From the NCBI GenBank assembly GCA_041496385.1, contig JBGQEL010000014.1, forward strand, positions 1 to 64,000: a stretch of 64,000 nt of DNA, written 5' to 3'. Source of the DNA: Candidatus Methylomirabilia bacterium. Its GTDB lineage: Bacteria; Methylomirabilota; Methylomirabilia; Rokubacteriales; CSP1-6. Shown here one piece after another: positions 46,457-56,328 of the stretch; positions within the stretch are counted from its first letter, which is position 1; each line of letters starts with the position of its first letter. The position numbers and the translations under genes are program-made. A model generated the notes under the pieces. That model saw nothing but the letters and a program-made list of their open reading frames with translations. It had not been told where the DNA came from and ran no database searches.

Positions 46457-46944
46457 GCGCGCCCCGCAAGCCTCTCGACGCCAGGGCCGCGCGCCTCGCC
46501 GCGGCCGATCTCCTCTCGCGCCGCGCCTGGACGGCGCGCGACCTCGCCGCGCGCCTCGTGCGCCGCGGCGCCTCGACGGACGTCGCGGCCGCCGTGGTGG
46601 CCGACCTCGCCGATCGCGGCTACGTGGACGATGCGGCGTTCGCCCGCCACTGGGTGACGACGCGCGCCGCGCGCGGGTACGGCGCCGGGCGCCTGCGCGC
46701 CGAGCTGCGCGCCCGCGGCGTCGCCGCGCCCCTCGTGGCCGCGGCGCTCGCGACCCTCGAGCGCGACGACGAGCTCGCCCAGGCGCGCGCGCTCGCCCGG
46801 CGCCGCCTTCCCGCGCTGCGCCGCGCGAGCCCCGAGCGCGCCGCCGCCCGCCTGACAGACCAGCTCCTGCGCCGCGGCTTCCCGGGTTCCATCGTCACCC
46901 GCGTCCTCCGCGAAACCACCGGCCGCCCCGCCGCCGACGAGTAG
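46453..46944 (+). CDS. recX: Regulatory protein RecX
   Basis: LLSRR, GYVDDAAFA, G..RLRAELRARGV, LLRRGF; position between recA and alaS; start probably ATA 46453. Confidence 0.85.
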   Translation: MGAPRKPLDARAARLAAADLLSRRAWTARDLAARLVRRGASTDVAAAVVADLADRGYVDDAAFARHWVTTRAARGYGAGRLRAELRARGVAAPLVAAALATLERDDELAQARALARRRLPALRRASPERAAARLTDQLLRRGFPGSIVTRVLRETTGRPAADE

Positions 46945-47097
46945 CCGGGCGCCGGGGGAGGGGTCGGCGGGACTCGTTCCCGCCGCGCGGCCACGGGCGC
47001 GACGCGCCCAGATGGAGCCCAGCCGCAACGGGCCAGCGCACGCGTGCCGCGTGGTCCCGGGACCCCTCCCCCGGCGCCCCGGCTACTCGTCGGCGGC
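46930..47097. repeat. Long inverted repeat (36-bp stem, one bulge) between recX and alaS
   Basis: 46930-46965 is the reverse complement of 47061-47097 except one extra C. Confidence 0.9.
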
Positions 47098-47131
47098 CTC
47101 GCGCGTGCCTCGGGGAGGCGCCGGAAGCCGA

Positions 47132-47140
47132 TGGTACAAT
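47132..47140 (+). promoter_or_regulatory. Extended -10 promoter for alaS
   Basis: TGgTACAAT 10 nt before ATG, no SD. Confidence 0.6.
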
Positions 47141-47150
47141 TGGCGTTCTC

Positions 47151-49871
47151 ATGACCGGGGGGCAAATCCGCGAGGCGTTTCTCAAGTACTTCGAGGCGCG
47201 CGGGCACACGCGCGTGCGCTCCTCGTCGCTCGTGCCGGGCGACGATCCGACGCTCCTCTTCACCAACTCCGGCATGGTCCAGTTCAAGCCCGTCTTCCTC
47301 GGCGACGAGCGCCGAGGCTACACGCGCGCGACCACCTGCCAGAAGTGCGTCCGCGCCGGGGGCAAGCACAACGACCTCGAGAACGTCGGGCGCACGGCCC
47401 GCCACCACACGTTCTTCGAGATGCTCGGGAACTTCTCCTTCGGCGACTACTTCAAGGCCGACGCGATCGCCTTCGCCTGGGAGCTGCTGACGCGCGACTT
47501 CGCGCTGGACACGGGGCGGCTCACGGCGACGGTCTTCACCGACGACGACGAGGCCTTCGGCCTCTGGAAGAAGGTCGCGGGCCTCCCCGACGACCGCATC
47601 CTGCGCCTGGGCGAGAAGGACAACTTCTGGGCGATGGGCGACACCGGCCCCTGCGGCCCGTGCTCCGAGGTCCACTTCCACCAGGGCGACCATCTCCCGT
47701 GCGCGGAGGTCGCCGCGGGCCGGCCGTGCCTCGGTCCCGCCTGCGAGTGCGACCGCTGGCTCGAGATCTGGAATCTCGTCTTCATGCAGTTCAACCGCGA
47801 CGCGAGCGGCGCGCTGACGCCGCTGCCCCGCCCCTCCATCGACACCGGCATGGGGCTCGAGCGCATGACCGCGGTCCTGCAGGGCAAGATATCGGACTAC
47901 GACACGGACCTGTTCGCCCCGCTCATCGACCGTGTCTCGGCCCTGGCGCGCAAGCCCTACCGGGCGCGCGAGCAGGACGACGTCTCCATGCAGGTGATCG
48001 CCGATCACGCGCGCACGACCGCGTTCCTCATCGCGGACGGCGTCACGCCCTCGAACGAGTGGCGCGGGTACGTGCTCCGCCGCATCATGCGCCGCGCGAT
48101 GCGCCACGGGCGCATGCTCGGCCTCCGGGAGCCCTTCCTCTGGCGGGCGGTGGACTGGGTCGCCGAGCTCATGCGCGACGCCTACCCGGAGCTGGCTGCC
48201 GAGCGCGCGCGTATCGAGGAGGCCGTCCGCACCGAGGAGGAACGCTTCGCCGAGACGCTCGACGTCGGCATGCAGATGATCGACGAGCTGGACAGAGAGC
48301 GGAGGAGCATGACGCCGACGCACGCGGCGGAAGGCAAGAGTGCCGCGACGCAGATGATCGTCGACGGGAGCTTCCTCTTCAAGCTCTACGATACGCACGG
48401 GTTCCCCAGGGACCTGGCCGAGGAGATCTTCACGGGCAAGGGCTGGGTCGTCACGCCGGCGACCGAGGCCACGTACGAGGCCGAGATGGAGGCGCAGCGC
48501 CAGCGCGCGCGGGCGGGCGCCGCGTTCGCCGCGGGCGACGACGGCGAGGCGGGGCAGCTCTACCAGCGGCTCGGGGCGGAGCTCCCGGCGATCGAATTCG
48601 TCGGCTACGACACGCTCACCGCGCCCGCGCGCATCCTGGCCATCGTCGACGCGGCGTCGGGCGGCGTCCGGCGCGCGCGCGAGGCGGGCGAGGGCGCGGA
48701 AGTCGAGATGATTCTCGACCGTACGCCGGCGTACGCCGAGTCGGGCGGCCAGGTGGGCGACACGGGGACGCTGGCCGGCCGCGCGGGCCGGGGGCTGATC
48801 CTCGACACGTACTACCGGGGCCCGAAGCTCATCGTCCACCGCGTCCGCGTCGTGCAGGGCGGTTTCCACGAGAACGAGGACGTCGCGGTGAGCATCGAGA
48901 CCCCGCGGCGCCAGGGGCTCCGCCAGCACCACACGGGCACGCATCTGCTCCACGCGGCGCTCCGCATGGTCCTGGGCACCCACGTGACCCAGGCGGGCTC
49001 GCTCGTCGCGCCCGACCACCTGCGCTTCGACTTCTCGCACGGAAGCCAGGTGAAGGACCGCGAGGTCGGGCAGATCGAGGAGCTGGTGAACGAGCAGGTC
49101 CGGGCCAACACGCCGGTCACGCGCATGGAGATGGACCTCGACGAGGCGCTGAAGCTGGGCGCGATGGCGCTCTTCGGCGAGAAGTACGGCAATCGCGTGC
49201 GGGTCATCAAGATCGGCGACTTCTCGACCGAGCTGTGCGGCGGCACCCACCTCGACCAGACGGGAGAGATCGGCCTGCTCAAGGTCGCCGCCGAGGGCGC
49301 CGTCGCCTCGGGGGTCCGGCGCATCGAGGCCGTCGCCGGCACGGCCGCGCTCGAGGCCGTGGCGCGCAAGGAAGCCGCGCTCCGCGAGGCGGCGGAGATT
49401 CTCAAGATCGCGCCGCTCGAGGTGCCCCGGCGCCTGCAGAAGCTCCTCGAGGAGCAGAAGGCGCTCGAGAAGCAGCTCGAGACGCTCGAGGCGAAGCTCG
49501 CCCGCTCGCGCGCCGAGGACCTCGTGGCGGCCGCGCGCCAGGTCAACGGCGTGGCGGTGATCGCCGGCCGCATCGACGGCCTCGACGCCGACGGCCTGCG
49601 CTCGGTCGCCGACACCCTCCGCGACCGCCTGGGCTCGGGCATCGTCTGCGTGGGCAGCGTGCTCGACGGCAAGGTGAACCTGGTCGCCGCCGTCACCAAG
49701 GACCTGACCCGGCGCTTCCAGGCCGGGAAGCTCGTGCAGGAGGTCGCCGAGGCCGTGGGCGGCCGGGGCGGCGGGCGGCCCGACCTGGCTCAGGGGGGCG
49801 GCGCGGAGCCCGACAAGCTCGACGCCGCGCTCGCGCTCGTCAACGAGGTCATCGCTCGTACGCCCGCCTAA
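47151..49871 (+). CDS. alaS: Alanine--tRNA ligase
   Basis: LLFTNSGMVQFK, HHTFFEMLGNFSFGDYFK, DTGMGLER, HTGTHLLH, ELCGGTH, GGGRPDLAQGGG. Confidence 0.98.
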   Translation: MTGGQIREAFLKYFEARGHTRVRSSSLVPGDDPTLLFTNSGMVQFKPVFLGDERRGYTRATTCQKCVRAGGKHNDLENVGRTARHHTFFEMLGNFSFGDYFKADAIAFAWELLTRDFALDTGRLTATVFTDDDEAFGLWKKVAGLPDDRILRLGEKDNFWAMGDTGPCGPCSEVHFHQGDHLPCAEVAAGRPCLGPACECDRWLEIWNLVFMQFNRDASGALTPLPRPSIDTGMGLERMTAVLQGKISDYDTDLFAPLIDRVSALARKPYRAREQDDVSMQVIADHARTTAFLIADGVTPSNEWRGYVLRRIMRRAMRHGRMLGLREPFLWRAVDWVAELMRDAYPELAAERARIEEAVRTEEERFAETLDVGMQMIDELDRERRSMTPTHAAEGKSAATQMIVDGSFLFKLYDTHGFPRDLAEEIFTGKGWVVTPATEATYEAEMEAQRQRARAGAAFAAGDDGEAGQLYQRLGAELPAIEFVGYDTLTAPARILAIVDAASGGVRRAREAGEGAEVEMILDRTPAYAESGGQVGDTGTLAGRAGRGLILDTYYRGPKLIVHRVRVVQGGFHENEDVAVSIETPRRQGLRQHHTGTHLLHAALRMVLGTHVTQAGSLVAPDHLRFDFSHGSQVKDREVGQIEELVNEQVRANTPVTRMEMDLDEALKLGAMALFGEKYGNRVRVIKIGDFSTELCGGTHLDQTGEIGLLKVAAEGAVASGVRRIEAVAGTAALEAVARKEAALREAAEILKIAPLEVPRRLQKLLEEQKALEKQLETLEAKLARSRAEDLVAAARQVNGVAVIAGRIDGLDADGLRSVADTLRDRLGSGIVCVGSVLDGKVNLVAAVTKDLTRRFQAGKLVQEVAEAVGGRGGGRPDLAQGGGAEPDKLDAALALVNEVIARTPA

Positions 49872-49889
49872 AGGGTAGAATAAGGCTCG

Positions 49890-50579
49890 ATGAGCCCTAC
49901 GCTCGGTAGGATCCTCGTCGTCGACGACGAGCCCCCTGTACGCGAGGTGCTCACCGAATACTTCGCGACGCAGGGCTACGTGGTGCAGTCGGCCGGGAAC
50001 GGCAACGACGCGCTCGCAGCGATCACGCGCGAGCGTCCCGACCTGGTGCTGCTGGATATCCGCATGCCCGGCATCGACGGCGTGGAGACCCTGCGCCGGA
50101 TCCGCGAGCTCGACGAGGCGGTTCCCGTCATCATGGTGACGGCCAACGAGGACGTCGCCCTCGCGCGCGAGACGCTGAAGCTCGGCGCCTTCGACTACGT
50201 CGCCAAGCCTTTCGACTTCGGCTATCTCGACCGCGCGGTGGCGGCCGGGCTCGTCCAGGCGGGCATACCCGCCGTGTGGGAGAAGCCCGCCGAGGCGCCA
50301 CGCGACGTCTGGACGAATCTCGCCGAAGCCGTGTTCCGGGCGACGCGCGGGATGGACGCGGGCGCCCGCGCGTCCACGGGCATGCGGCTCGAGAGCGCGA
50401 CGCTGGCCGCCGCGCGCGAGGCGGCCGCCGGCCGGACGGCCGGCGCGGTGGAGCACCTCGGCGAGCTCGCGCTGCTGCTCACGCTCACCGCCGATCTGCG
50501 GGACCTCCCGGACTCCGACCGGGCGCAGATCGAGGCCGCGCGTGAAGCGGCGCGCCGCACGCTCCAGATCCCGGGCTGA
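49890..50579 (+). CDS. Response regulator: REC domain + ~90-aa helical C-terminal domain
   Basis: ILVVDDE, LLDIRMPG.DG, MVTA, YVAKPF. Confidence 0.9.
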   Translation: MSPTLGRILVVDDEPPVREVLTEYFATQGYVVQSAGNGNDALAAITRERPDLVLLDIRMPGIDGVETLRRIRELDEAVPVIMVTANEDVALARETLKLGAFDYVAKPFDFGYLDRAVAAGLVQAGIPAVWEKPAEAPRDVWTNLAEAVFRATRGMDAGARASTGMRLESATLAAAREAAAGRTAGAVEHLGELALLLTLTADLRDLPDSDRAQIEAAREAARRTLQIPG

Positions 50580-51849
50580 CGTCCGCCCGCGGCCGCGCGG
50601 CCGTTCGGACGCCGGCGCGCACCTCGAGATTCTCCACACCGTCGCCGAGACGGTCAGCCGCACCCTCGACGTCCGCGACGTGCTCCGGACCGCGCTCGAG
50701 GCGCTCACGCACGTCACGGGCCACGAGATCGCGAGCCTCCACCTGCTCTCGCCCGACGGCAAGATGCTCGAGCTTCACGGCGAGCGCGGGATGTCGCTCC
50801 GGCTGCGCGAGGTCAACCGGCTGCTGCCCGTGGGCAAGGGCCTGATCGGGCGGGTCGCGAAGACGGGCAAGCCGCTGCAGTCCGGGAACGTCGTGAAGAA
50901 CCGGAATCTCTTCCCGCCGGCGAAGGCGGCGGTGCGGCTCGACCAGATCCGTGGCTTCGTCTGCGTCCCCATACGCTGCCGCGGCCGGATCCTCGGCACG
51001 CTCTCGCTCGGCCGGCAGACCTCCGACCGCTTCGACTCCCGCGAGATGGCGCTCGTCGAGGCGACGGCCGACCAGATCGGCCTGGCGTTCGACAACGCGC
51101 GGCTCTACCAGGAGACGGTGCACCAGCTCGACGAGCTCAAGCGCGCGCAGGCGCAGCTCGTCCACGCCGCGAAGCTCTCGGCGGTCGGCGAGCTGGCCTC
51201 GGGCGTCGCGCACGAGATCAACAACCCGCTGACGACGATCCTCGGCCAGGCGCAGCTGCTGCTCACGAACCCGGAGGTGCCCCAGTACGTGCGCGACCGC
51301 CTGACCATCGTCACCGAGGAGGCCTCGCGCGCCGCGCGGATCGTCCAGAACCTGCTCCTCTTCGCGCGCCAGTACACGCCCGAGCGCCGGCCGTGCTCGC
51401 TCGCGGACCAGACGCGCCGGGTGCTCGACCTCAAGGGCTACCAGCTCGACCACGACGACGTCCGCGTCGTGACCGAGTTCGCGCCGAGCCCCTACGTGCT
51501 GGGCGACGAGAACCAGCTCCAGCAGGTCCTGCTGAACCTCGTCCAGAACGCGCACTACGCCATGTCCAAGCGCCCGGGCCCGCGCGTGCTCACCCTGCGC
51601 ACCTGGCCCAACGGCGCCACCGTCTGCCTCGAGGTGGCCGACACGGGCTCCGGCATTCCCGAGGAGGTCATGCCCCGGATCTTCGATCCCTTCTTCACGA
51701 CCAAGCCACCCGGCGAGGGCAGCGGACTCGGCCTCTCCGTCTCCTACGGGATCGTGACCCAGCTCGGCGGCACCCTCCGCGCGACGAACCGGCCCGAGGG
51801 CGGCGCCTCGTTCATTCTCGAGCTGCCGTCGGCCGGCCGGAGCGCGTGA
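50542..51849 (+). CDS. Cytoplasmic GAF-domain sensor histidine kinase
   Basis: GAF (GLIGRVA, CVPI), H-box [38 protein letters not shown]; no TM helix. Confidence 0.92.
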   Translation: MKRRAARSRSRADVRPRPRGRSDAGAHLEILHTVAETVSRTLDVRDVLRTALEALTHVTGHEIASLHLLSPDGKMLELHGERGMSLRLREVNRLLPVGKGLIGRVAKTGKPLQSGNVVKNRNLFPPAKAAVRLDQIRGFVCVPIRCRGRILGTLSLGRQTSDRFDSREMALVEATADQIGLAFDNARLYQETVHQLDELKRAQAQLVHAAKLSAVGELASGVAHEINNPLTTILGQAQLLLTNPEVPQYVRDRLTIVTEEASRAARIVQNLLLFARQYTPERRPCSLADQTRRVLDLKGYQLDHDDVRVVTEFAPSPYVLGDENQLQQVLLNLVQNAHYAMSKRPGPRVLTLRTWPNGATVCLEVADTGSGIPEEVMPRIFDPFFTTKPPGEGSGLGLSVSYGIVTQLGGTLRATNRPEGGASFILELPSAGRSA

Positions 51850-52943
51850 GCGTCGGACCGAAGCGCGCGGAGCCGGTTCGAACCGAGGGAAGCCTGAGAA
51901 GGAAGCGACGCGGCCTCGCGCGCCCGCTTCTGGCCCTGCTTCTGCTGTCGGCCTCGTGCGCCGGGATCGGCGGGCCCGTGCCCGGCGCCCCGGCCCACCA
52001 TCGCGAGCACGGCTTTGCCAACACGAGCCCCGCCTACGCCCCGGCGGGTGCCTGGACGCGGCTCACGTTCTTCGTGACGCGCGTCCTCGCCACGACGTTC
52101 AACCCGCGCACCGCCGAGTTTCCCCGCGTGGCGAGCGACCTCGGGGCGATCCGGGCCAAGCCGGGCGCCGACACGATCACCTGGGTCGGCCACGCGACGC
52201 TCCTGATCCAGCTCGACGGCGTGAACGTGCTCACCGATCCTCACTGGTCCGCGCGCGCGAGCCCGGTGGGCTTCGCGGGTCCCAGGCGCCTGACGCCTCC
52301 CGGGCTCGCCTTCGAGGACCTCCCGCCGATCGACGTCGTGCTGATCTCGCACGACCACTACGACCACCTGGACGAGGCCACGGTCCGGCGGCTCGCCGAG
52401 ATGCACAAGCCTCACTTTCTCGTCCCACTCGGCATGAAGGCGTGGCTCGCCGATCGCGGCATCACGGACGTCGAGGAGCTCGACTGGTGGAACGACCGCG
52501 TCGTGCGCGGGCTCACCTTCACGTGCGCCCCGGCCCAGCACTTCTCCGGGCGCACGCTGTTCGATCGCAACCGCCGGCTCTGGAGCGGCTGGACGGTCGC
52601 CGGCGCGACCAAGCGCCTCTACTTCGCGGGCGACACCGCGTACTACGCGGGGCTCAAGGAGATCGGCGCGCGGCTCGGCCCGTTCGACGTCGCCGCCGTC
52701 CCGATCGGCGCCTACGTGCCCGCCCGGATCATGAAGGCGGGCCACACCACGCCGGAGGAAGCCCTGCAAGTCCTGGCGGACGTGCGGGGCCGCGCCTTCG
52801 TCCCGATCCACTGGGGCACCTTCGACCTGGCGGAGGAGCCGCTCGCGGAGCCGCCCAGGCGGCTCGAGGCCGAGGCGCGCCGCCTCGGCCTCGGCGCCGA
52901 GCGCGTCTGGCTCCTCAAGCACGGCGAGACCAGACGCTGGTAG
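51846..52943 (+). CDS. MBL-fold hydrolase, NAPE-PLD/RomA-like, probable lipoprotein
   Basis: TWVGHAT, SHDHYDHLD, PAQHFSGR, AGDTAY, PIHWGTF. Confidence 0.88.
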   Translation: MSVGPKRAEPVRTEGSLRRKRRGLARPLLALLLLSASCAGIGGPVPGAPAHHREHGFANTSPAYAPAGAWTRLTFFVTRVLATTFNPRTAEFPRVASDLGAIRAKPGADTITWVGHATLLIQLDGVNVLTDPHWSARASPVGFAGPRRLTPPGLAFEDLPPIDVVLISHDHYDHLDEATVRRLAEMHKPHFLVPLGMKAWLADRGITDVEELDWWNDRVVRGLTFTCAPAQHFSGRTLFDRNRRLWSGWTVAGATKRLYFAGDTAYYAGLKEIGARLGPFDVAAVPIGAYVPARIMKAGHTTPEEALQVLADVRGRAFVPIHWGTFDLAEEPLAEPPRRLEAEARRLGLGAERVWLLKHGETRRW

Positions 52944-52953
52944 CGGTGCCGGG

Positions 52954-54129
52954 TTACACCGCCTCGAGCAGCAGCCCCTTCAAGTAGCGCGTCTCCGGGA
53001 TCGTGAGGACCACGGGGTGGTCCTCGCCCTGGCCCAGCGTCATGGCCACGCGCAGGCGCACGCCCGCGTCGGCGGCGGCGGCGCGGCAGGTCTCCTCGAA
53101 GCGCTCGGCCGACACGTGGTGCGAGCACGAGAAGGTGAGCAGGTGGCCGCCGCGCTCGAGCAGCCGCATCGCCCGGAGGTTGATCTCCTTGTAGCCGCGC
53201 ACGGCCGCCTCGAGCTGGGTCCGGCTCCGGGCGAACGGCGGCGGATCCAGCGCGATCGCGCCGAAGCGCGTCCCCGCGCGCTCGAGGCGACGGAGCTCGT
53301 CGAACACGTTGGCGGCGAGGAGCTCGGCGCGGTCCGCGACGCCGTTCAGCTCGAGGTTCTGGCGGGCGCCGGCGAGCGCCTCGGGCCCCGACTCGATCAG
53401 GACGGCGCGCCGGCCGCCGCCCACCAGACCGTGGCAGGCGAAGCCGCCCGTGTACGCGAAGCAGTCGAGAACGTCGCGCCCGCGGGCCAGGGCCCCGAAG
53501 CGGACGCGGTTCTCGCGCTGATCGAGGTAGAGCCCGGTCTTGTGGCCGGCGCCGAACGTCACCCTGAACCTGACGCCGTCCTCCGCCACCTCGACCGTCG
53601 CCGGCCCCGCCGGTCCCGCCCAGCCGAGCGCCGGCGTGAAGCCCTCGAGCCGCGCCGCCCCGTCGTCGTCCTTGTCGAAGACCGGCGGATCGCCGAGCGC
53701 GCGCGCGAGGATGCCGTCGACCTGGCGGCGAATGCGGGCCATGCCGAGCGTCAGGCACTGGACGACGAGCGCCGGGCCGTAGCGGTCGACCACCAGGCCC
53801 GGGAGCCCGTCGGCCTCGCTCCAGACGAGGCGGCCCAGCGCGGGCGGCGCGCCCGTGGCGCGCGCGCGGAAGGCGAGCGCCCCGGCGATCCGACGCTCCA
53901 GGAACGCGGCGTCGACCGGCTCGTCGGCCCAGGTGAGCAGGCGGCAGCAGAGCGCCGGGCGGGGGTTGTAGTGGCCACGCCCGACGAACGTGCCGGCCGA
54001 GTCGATGACGGTCACGACGCTGCCGGGCTCGACGTCGCTCACGTCGGCGACGTCGCCCTTGAAGATCCAGGGGTGGCTCAGCGCCCGGTCGCGCCCGCGC
54101 TTGAGCCTCAAGACCGCCGCGCGCTTCAG
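52954..54129 (-). CDS. rlmI: RlmI-like rRNA m5C methyltransferase (PUA + SAM domain)
   Basis: HPWIF, SEADGLPGLVVDRY, HKTGLYLDQRENR, LDPPPFA, TFSCS, PETRYLK; start CTG 54129 or TTG 54111. Confidence 0.88.
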   Translation of the reverse strand: MKRAAVLRLKRGRDRALSHPWIFKGDVADVSDVEPGSVVTVIDSAGTFVGRGHYNPRPALCCRLLTWADEPVDAAFLERRIAGALAFRARATGAPPALGRLVWSEADGLPGLVVDRYGPALVVQCLTLGMARIRRQVDGILARALGDPPVFDKDDDGAARLEGFTPALGWAGPAGPATVEVAEDGVRFRVTFGAGHKTGLYLDQRENRVRFGALARGRDVLDCFAYTGGFACHGLVGGGRRAVLIESGPEALAGARQNLELNGVADRAELLAANVFDELRRLERAGTRFGAIALDPPPFARSRTQLEAAVRGYKEINLRAMRLLERGGHLLTFSCSHHVSAERFEETCRAAAADAGVRLRVAMTLGQGEDHPVVLTIPETRYLKGLLLEAV

Positions 54130-54662
54130 GGGAGGTCCTCGGCGGTGATAGCCCAGCGCTCGTGGTCCCGCCAGCGCCCGGCGATCTTGAGATAGCGGGG
54201 GGAGAAGCCCTCGCGCCGGAAACCTGCGCGCCGGGCGAGACGCCGGGATTTCATATTGCCCGGCTGGATGTTGGCCTCGAGCCGGTGGAGCCCGAGCCGG
54301 CGGAAGCAATGGCGCAGCACCAGCTCGAGCCCCTCGCGCATGTGGCCGCGGCCCGCGAACGGTGCGCCCGCGTAGAAGCCAAGATAGGCGCTCCGGAAGT
54401 TTCCGAGGAAGATCTGGCTCACGTTGACGACGCCCGCGATCGCGTCGTCCTCACGGCGGCAGACGAGGAACCCGCGCTCGCTCGGGCGCCGGACGCGCCG
54501 CACGTACGTCGCGAACGCGGCGGGGCCGGCGGGCGGATCGACCCAGGGGCGAAGCGAGCGCCGGCTCGCGCGGACGAGGCGCGTCAGCTCTTCTCGATCG
54601 CGGAGCGTGGGAGCGCGGAGGTAGACGCGACGGCCGACCTCGATCGCGCGCGCCGGCCTCAT
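54126..54662 (-). CDS. RimJ/RimL-type GNAT acetyltransferase
   Basis: SAYLGFY, LHRLEANIQPGN..S, GFRREG, WRDHERWA. Confidence 0.88.
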   Translation of the reverse strand: MRPARAIEVGRRVYLRAPTLRDREELTRLVRASRRSLRPWVDPPAGPAAFATYVRRVRRPSERGFLVCRREDDAIAGVVNVSQIFLGNFRSAYLGFYAGAPFAGRGHMREGLELVLRHCFRRLGLHRLEANIQPGNMKSRRLARRAGFRREGFSPRYLKIAGRWRDHERWAITAEDLP

Positions 54663-54674
54663 GGCGCGCCGGCG

Positions 54675-55451
54675 CTACTTCTTGCGCAGGACGACGACCA
54701 TGATGATCGGGTGCCTGGAGCGCTCGAGGACCTGGTGTGGCTTGAAGCCGAAGAACCACTGGACGAACTCGAAGCCGCCCGCGAGCTCGACCATCGCCTT
54801 GAGCTCCTGCGGGAACACCATGCGCGAGAGATGGGTCTGGCGGTAGCGCCGGTGCGTGCCGTTCTCGACGGCCTCGAGCGTCATCCGCTCGCGGAAGACC
54901 TGGCTCACCGGATCCACGTCGTTCAGCGCCGAGAACGAGGCGCGCACGATGAGGCCCCCGCGCCGCTTCGACCACGACCAGCGCCGCGCCGGGTCGGTCC
55001 AGGAGGAGGCCATGTAGCGGTCGAACACGTAGAGCCCGCCCTTGCGCACCGCGCTCGCGGTCGCGCGCAGGTGGGCGATGAGCTGGGCGTTCGTGAGCAT
55101 GTGCCCCTGGGAGTCCTGCATGCAGATCGCCGCGTCCACCTTGCCGGCGAGGCGGAAGTCGGTCATGTCGCCGACCATCAGCTCGCCCGCGTAGCCCTTG
55201 GCCGCCATGCGCCGGCGGAGGAACTCGATGTTGCCGGGCGAGAGATCGATCCCGGACATCCGGTAGCCGCGGTCGGCGAGCCGGATCAGGTGCGGCCCAG
55301 TACCGCAGGCGATGTCCAGGACCCGGCGGACCGGCCGCCGGGCGTAGCGCTTGAAGCAGTGGGCGAGGAAGTCGACCTCGAGCTTGCGGTTCGTGTCGAA
55401 GGCGATCTCGTAGAGGCGCGGGGCGCTGTAGTGGGTGTACCCGCGCCTCAC
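54675..55451 (-). CDS. Class I SAM-dependent methyltransferase
   Basis: VLDIACGTG, GIDLS, GDMTDF; GTGA overlap with speB. Confidence 0.88.
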   Translation of the reverse strand: MRRGYTHYSAPRLYEIAFDTNRKLEVDFLAHCFKRYARRPVRRVLDIACGTGPHLIRLADRGYRMSGIDLSPGNIEFLRRRMAAKGYAGELMVGDMTDFRLAGKVDAAICMQDSQGHMLTNAQLIAHLRATASAVRKGGLYVFDRYMASSWTDPARRWSWSKRRGGLIVRASFSALNDVDPVSQVFRERMTLEAVENGTHRRYRQTHLSRMVFPQELKAMVELAGGFEFVQWFFGFKPHQVLERSRHPIIMVVVLRKK

Positions 55452-56314
55452 CGGACGGTGCCCCACCAGGTCAGGAGCGCCTCCCGGATCACCCAGGCCG
55501 CGGCGATGCCCGTCCGGCCCGACGAGTCCCAGGCGTGGGCGACCTCGACGAGGTCGCCGCCGATCACGCGGCAGTCGGCGAGCATCCGGACGATCTCGAG
55601 CAGCTCCGGCATCCGGAGCCCGCCGGGCTCGGGCGAGCCGGTGCCGGGCGCCTCCGAGGGGTCGAGCACGTCCACGTCGATCGTCACGTAGAGCGGGTGG
55701 CGCCGGAGGTCGGGCAGGAGCCGCCGGACGATCTCCACCGGGTGGCCGGCCAGGACCGAATAGAAGTTGGCGTGTGTCCGCCCGTACTCCTCGCGGGCGC
55801 CGGTCCGCATGCCCACCTGGTACATGCGCTCCTTCGGGATGGTGTCCATCACGCGGGCCATCGCCGAGGCGTAGTTGTAGCGCTCGCCCAGGAATTCCTC
55901 CCGGAGGTCGGGATGGGCGTCGAGCTGGAGCACCCGGAGTTCCGGAAACGAGGGCGCGATGGCCTCCATCACGGCCACGGTCGCGGTGTGGTCGCCGCCG
56001 AGCATGAACGGGATGAGGCCCGGACGCCACCAGGAGGCGATGTCGTCGCGCGCGGCGTCGAGCTGCTCGCGGGGCGAGGCGCCGTCCGGCATCTCGCAGT
56101 CGCCGATGTCGGCGATCGGCAGATCCTCGAGGTCGCGCTGCACCCAGGGCGAGTAGGTCTCGATCGAGTCGGAGGCCACGCGGAGGTCTCGCGGACCCGC
56201 GTCGGCGCCCTTGCGGAGGTTCACCCGGCCCTCGAAGGGGATCCCGTAGACGATGATCTTGGAGTCGGCGAGGGTGCCCTCACAGGCGATGTAGCGGGGC
56301 GAGACGGCGCGCAT
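55448..56314 (-). CDS. speB: Agmatinase/ureohydrolase
   Basis: GGDHT, DAHPD, TIDVDVLDP, PGTGSPEPGG. Confidence 0.9.
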   Translation of the reverse strand: MRAVSPRYIACEGTLADSKIIVYGIPFEGRVNLRKGADAGPRDLRVASDSIETYSPWVQRDLEDLPIADIGDCEMPDGASPREQLDAARDDIASWWRPGLIPFMLGGDHTATVAVMEAIAPSFPELRVLQLDAHPDLREEFLGERYNYASAMARVMDTIPKERMYQVGMRTGAREEYGRTHANFYSVLAGHPVEIVRRLLPDLRRHPLYVTIDVDVLDPSEAPGTGSPEPGGLRMPELLEIVRMLADCRVIGGDLVEVAHAWDSSGRTGIAAAWVIREALLTWWGTVR

Positions 56315-56328
56315 CGAGCCGGGCGCCG

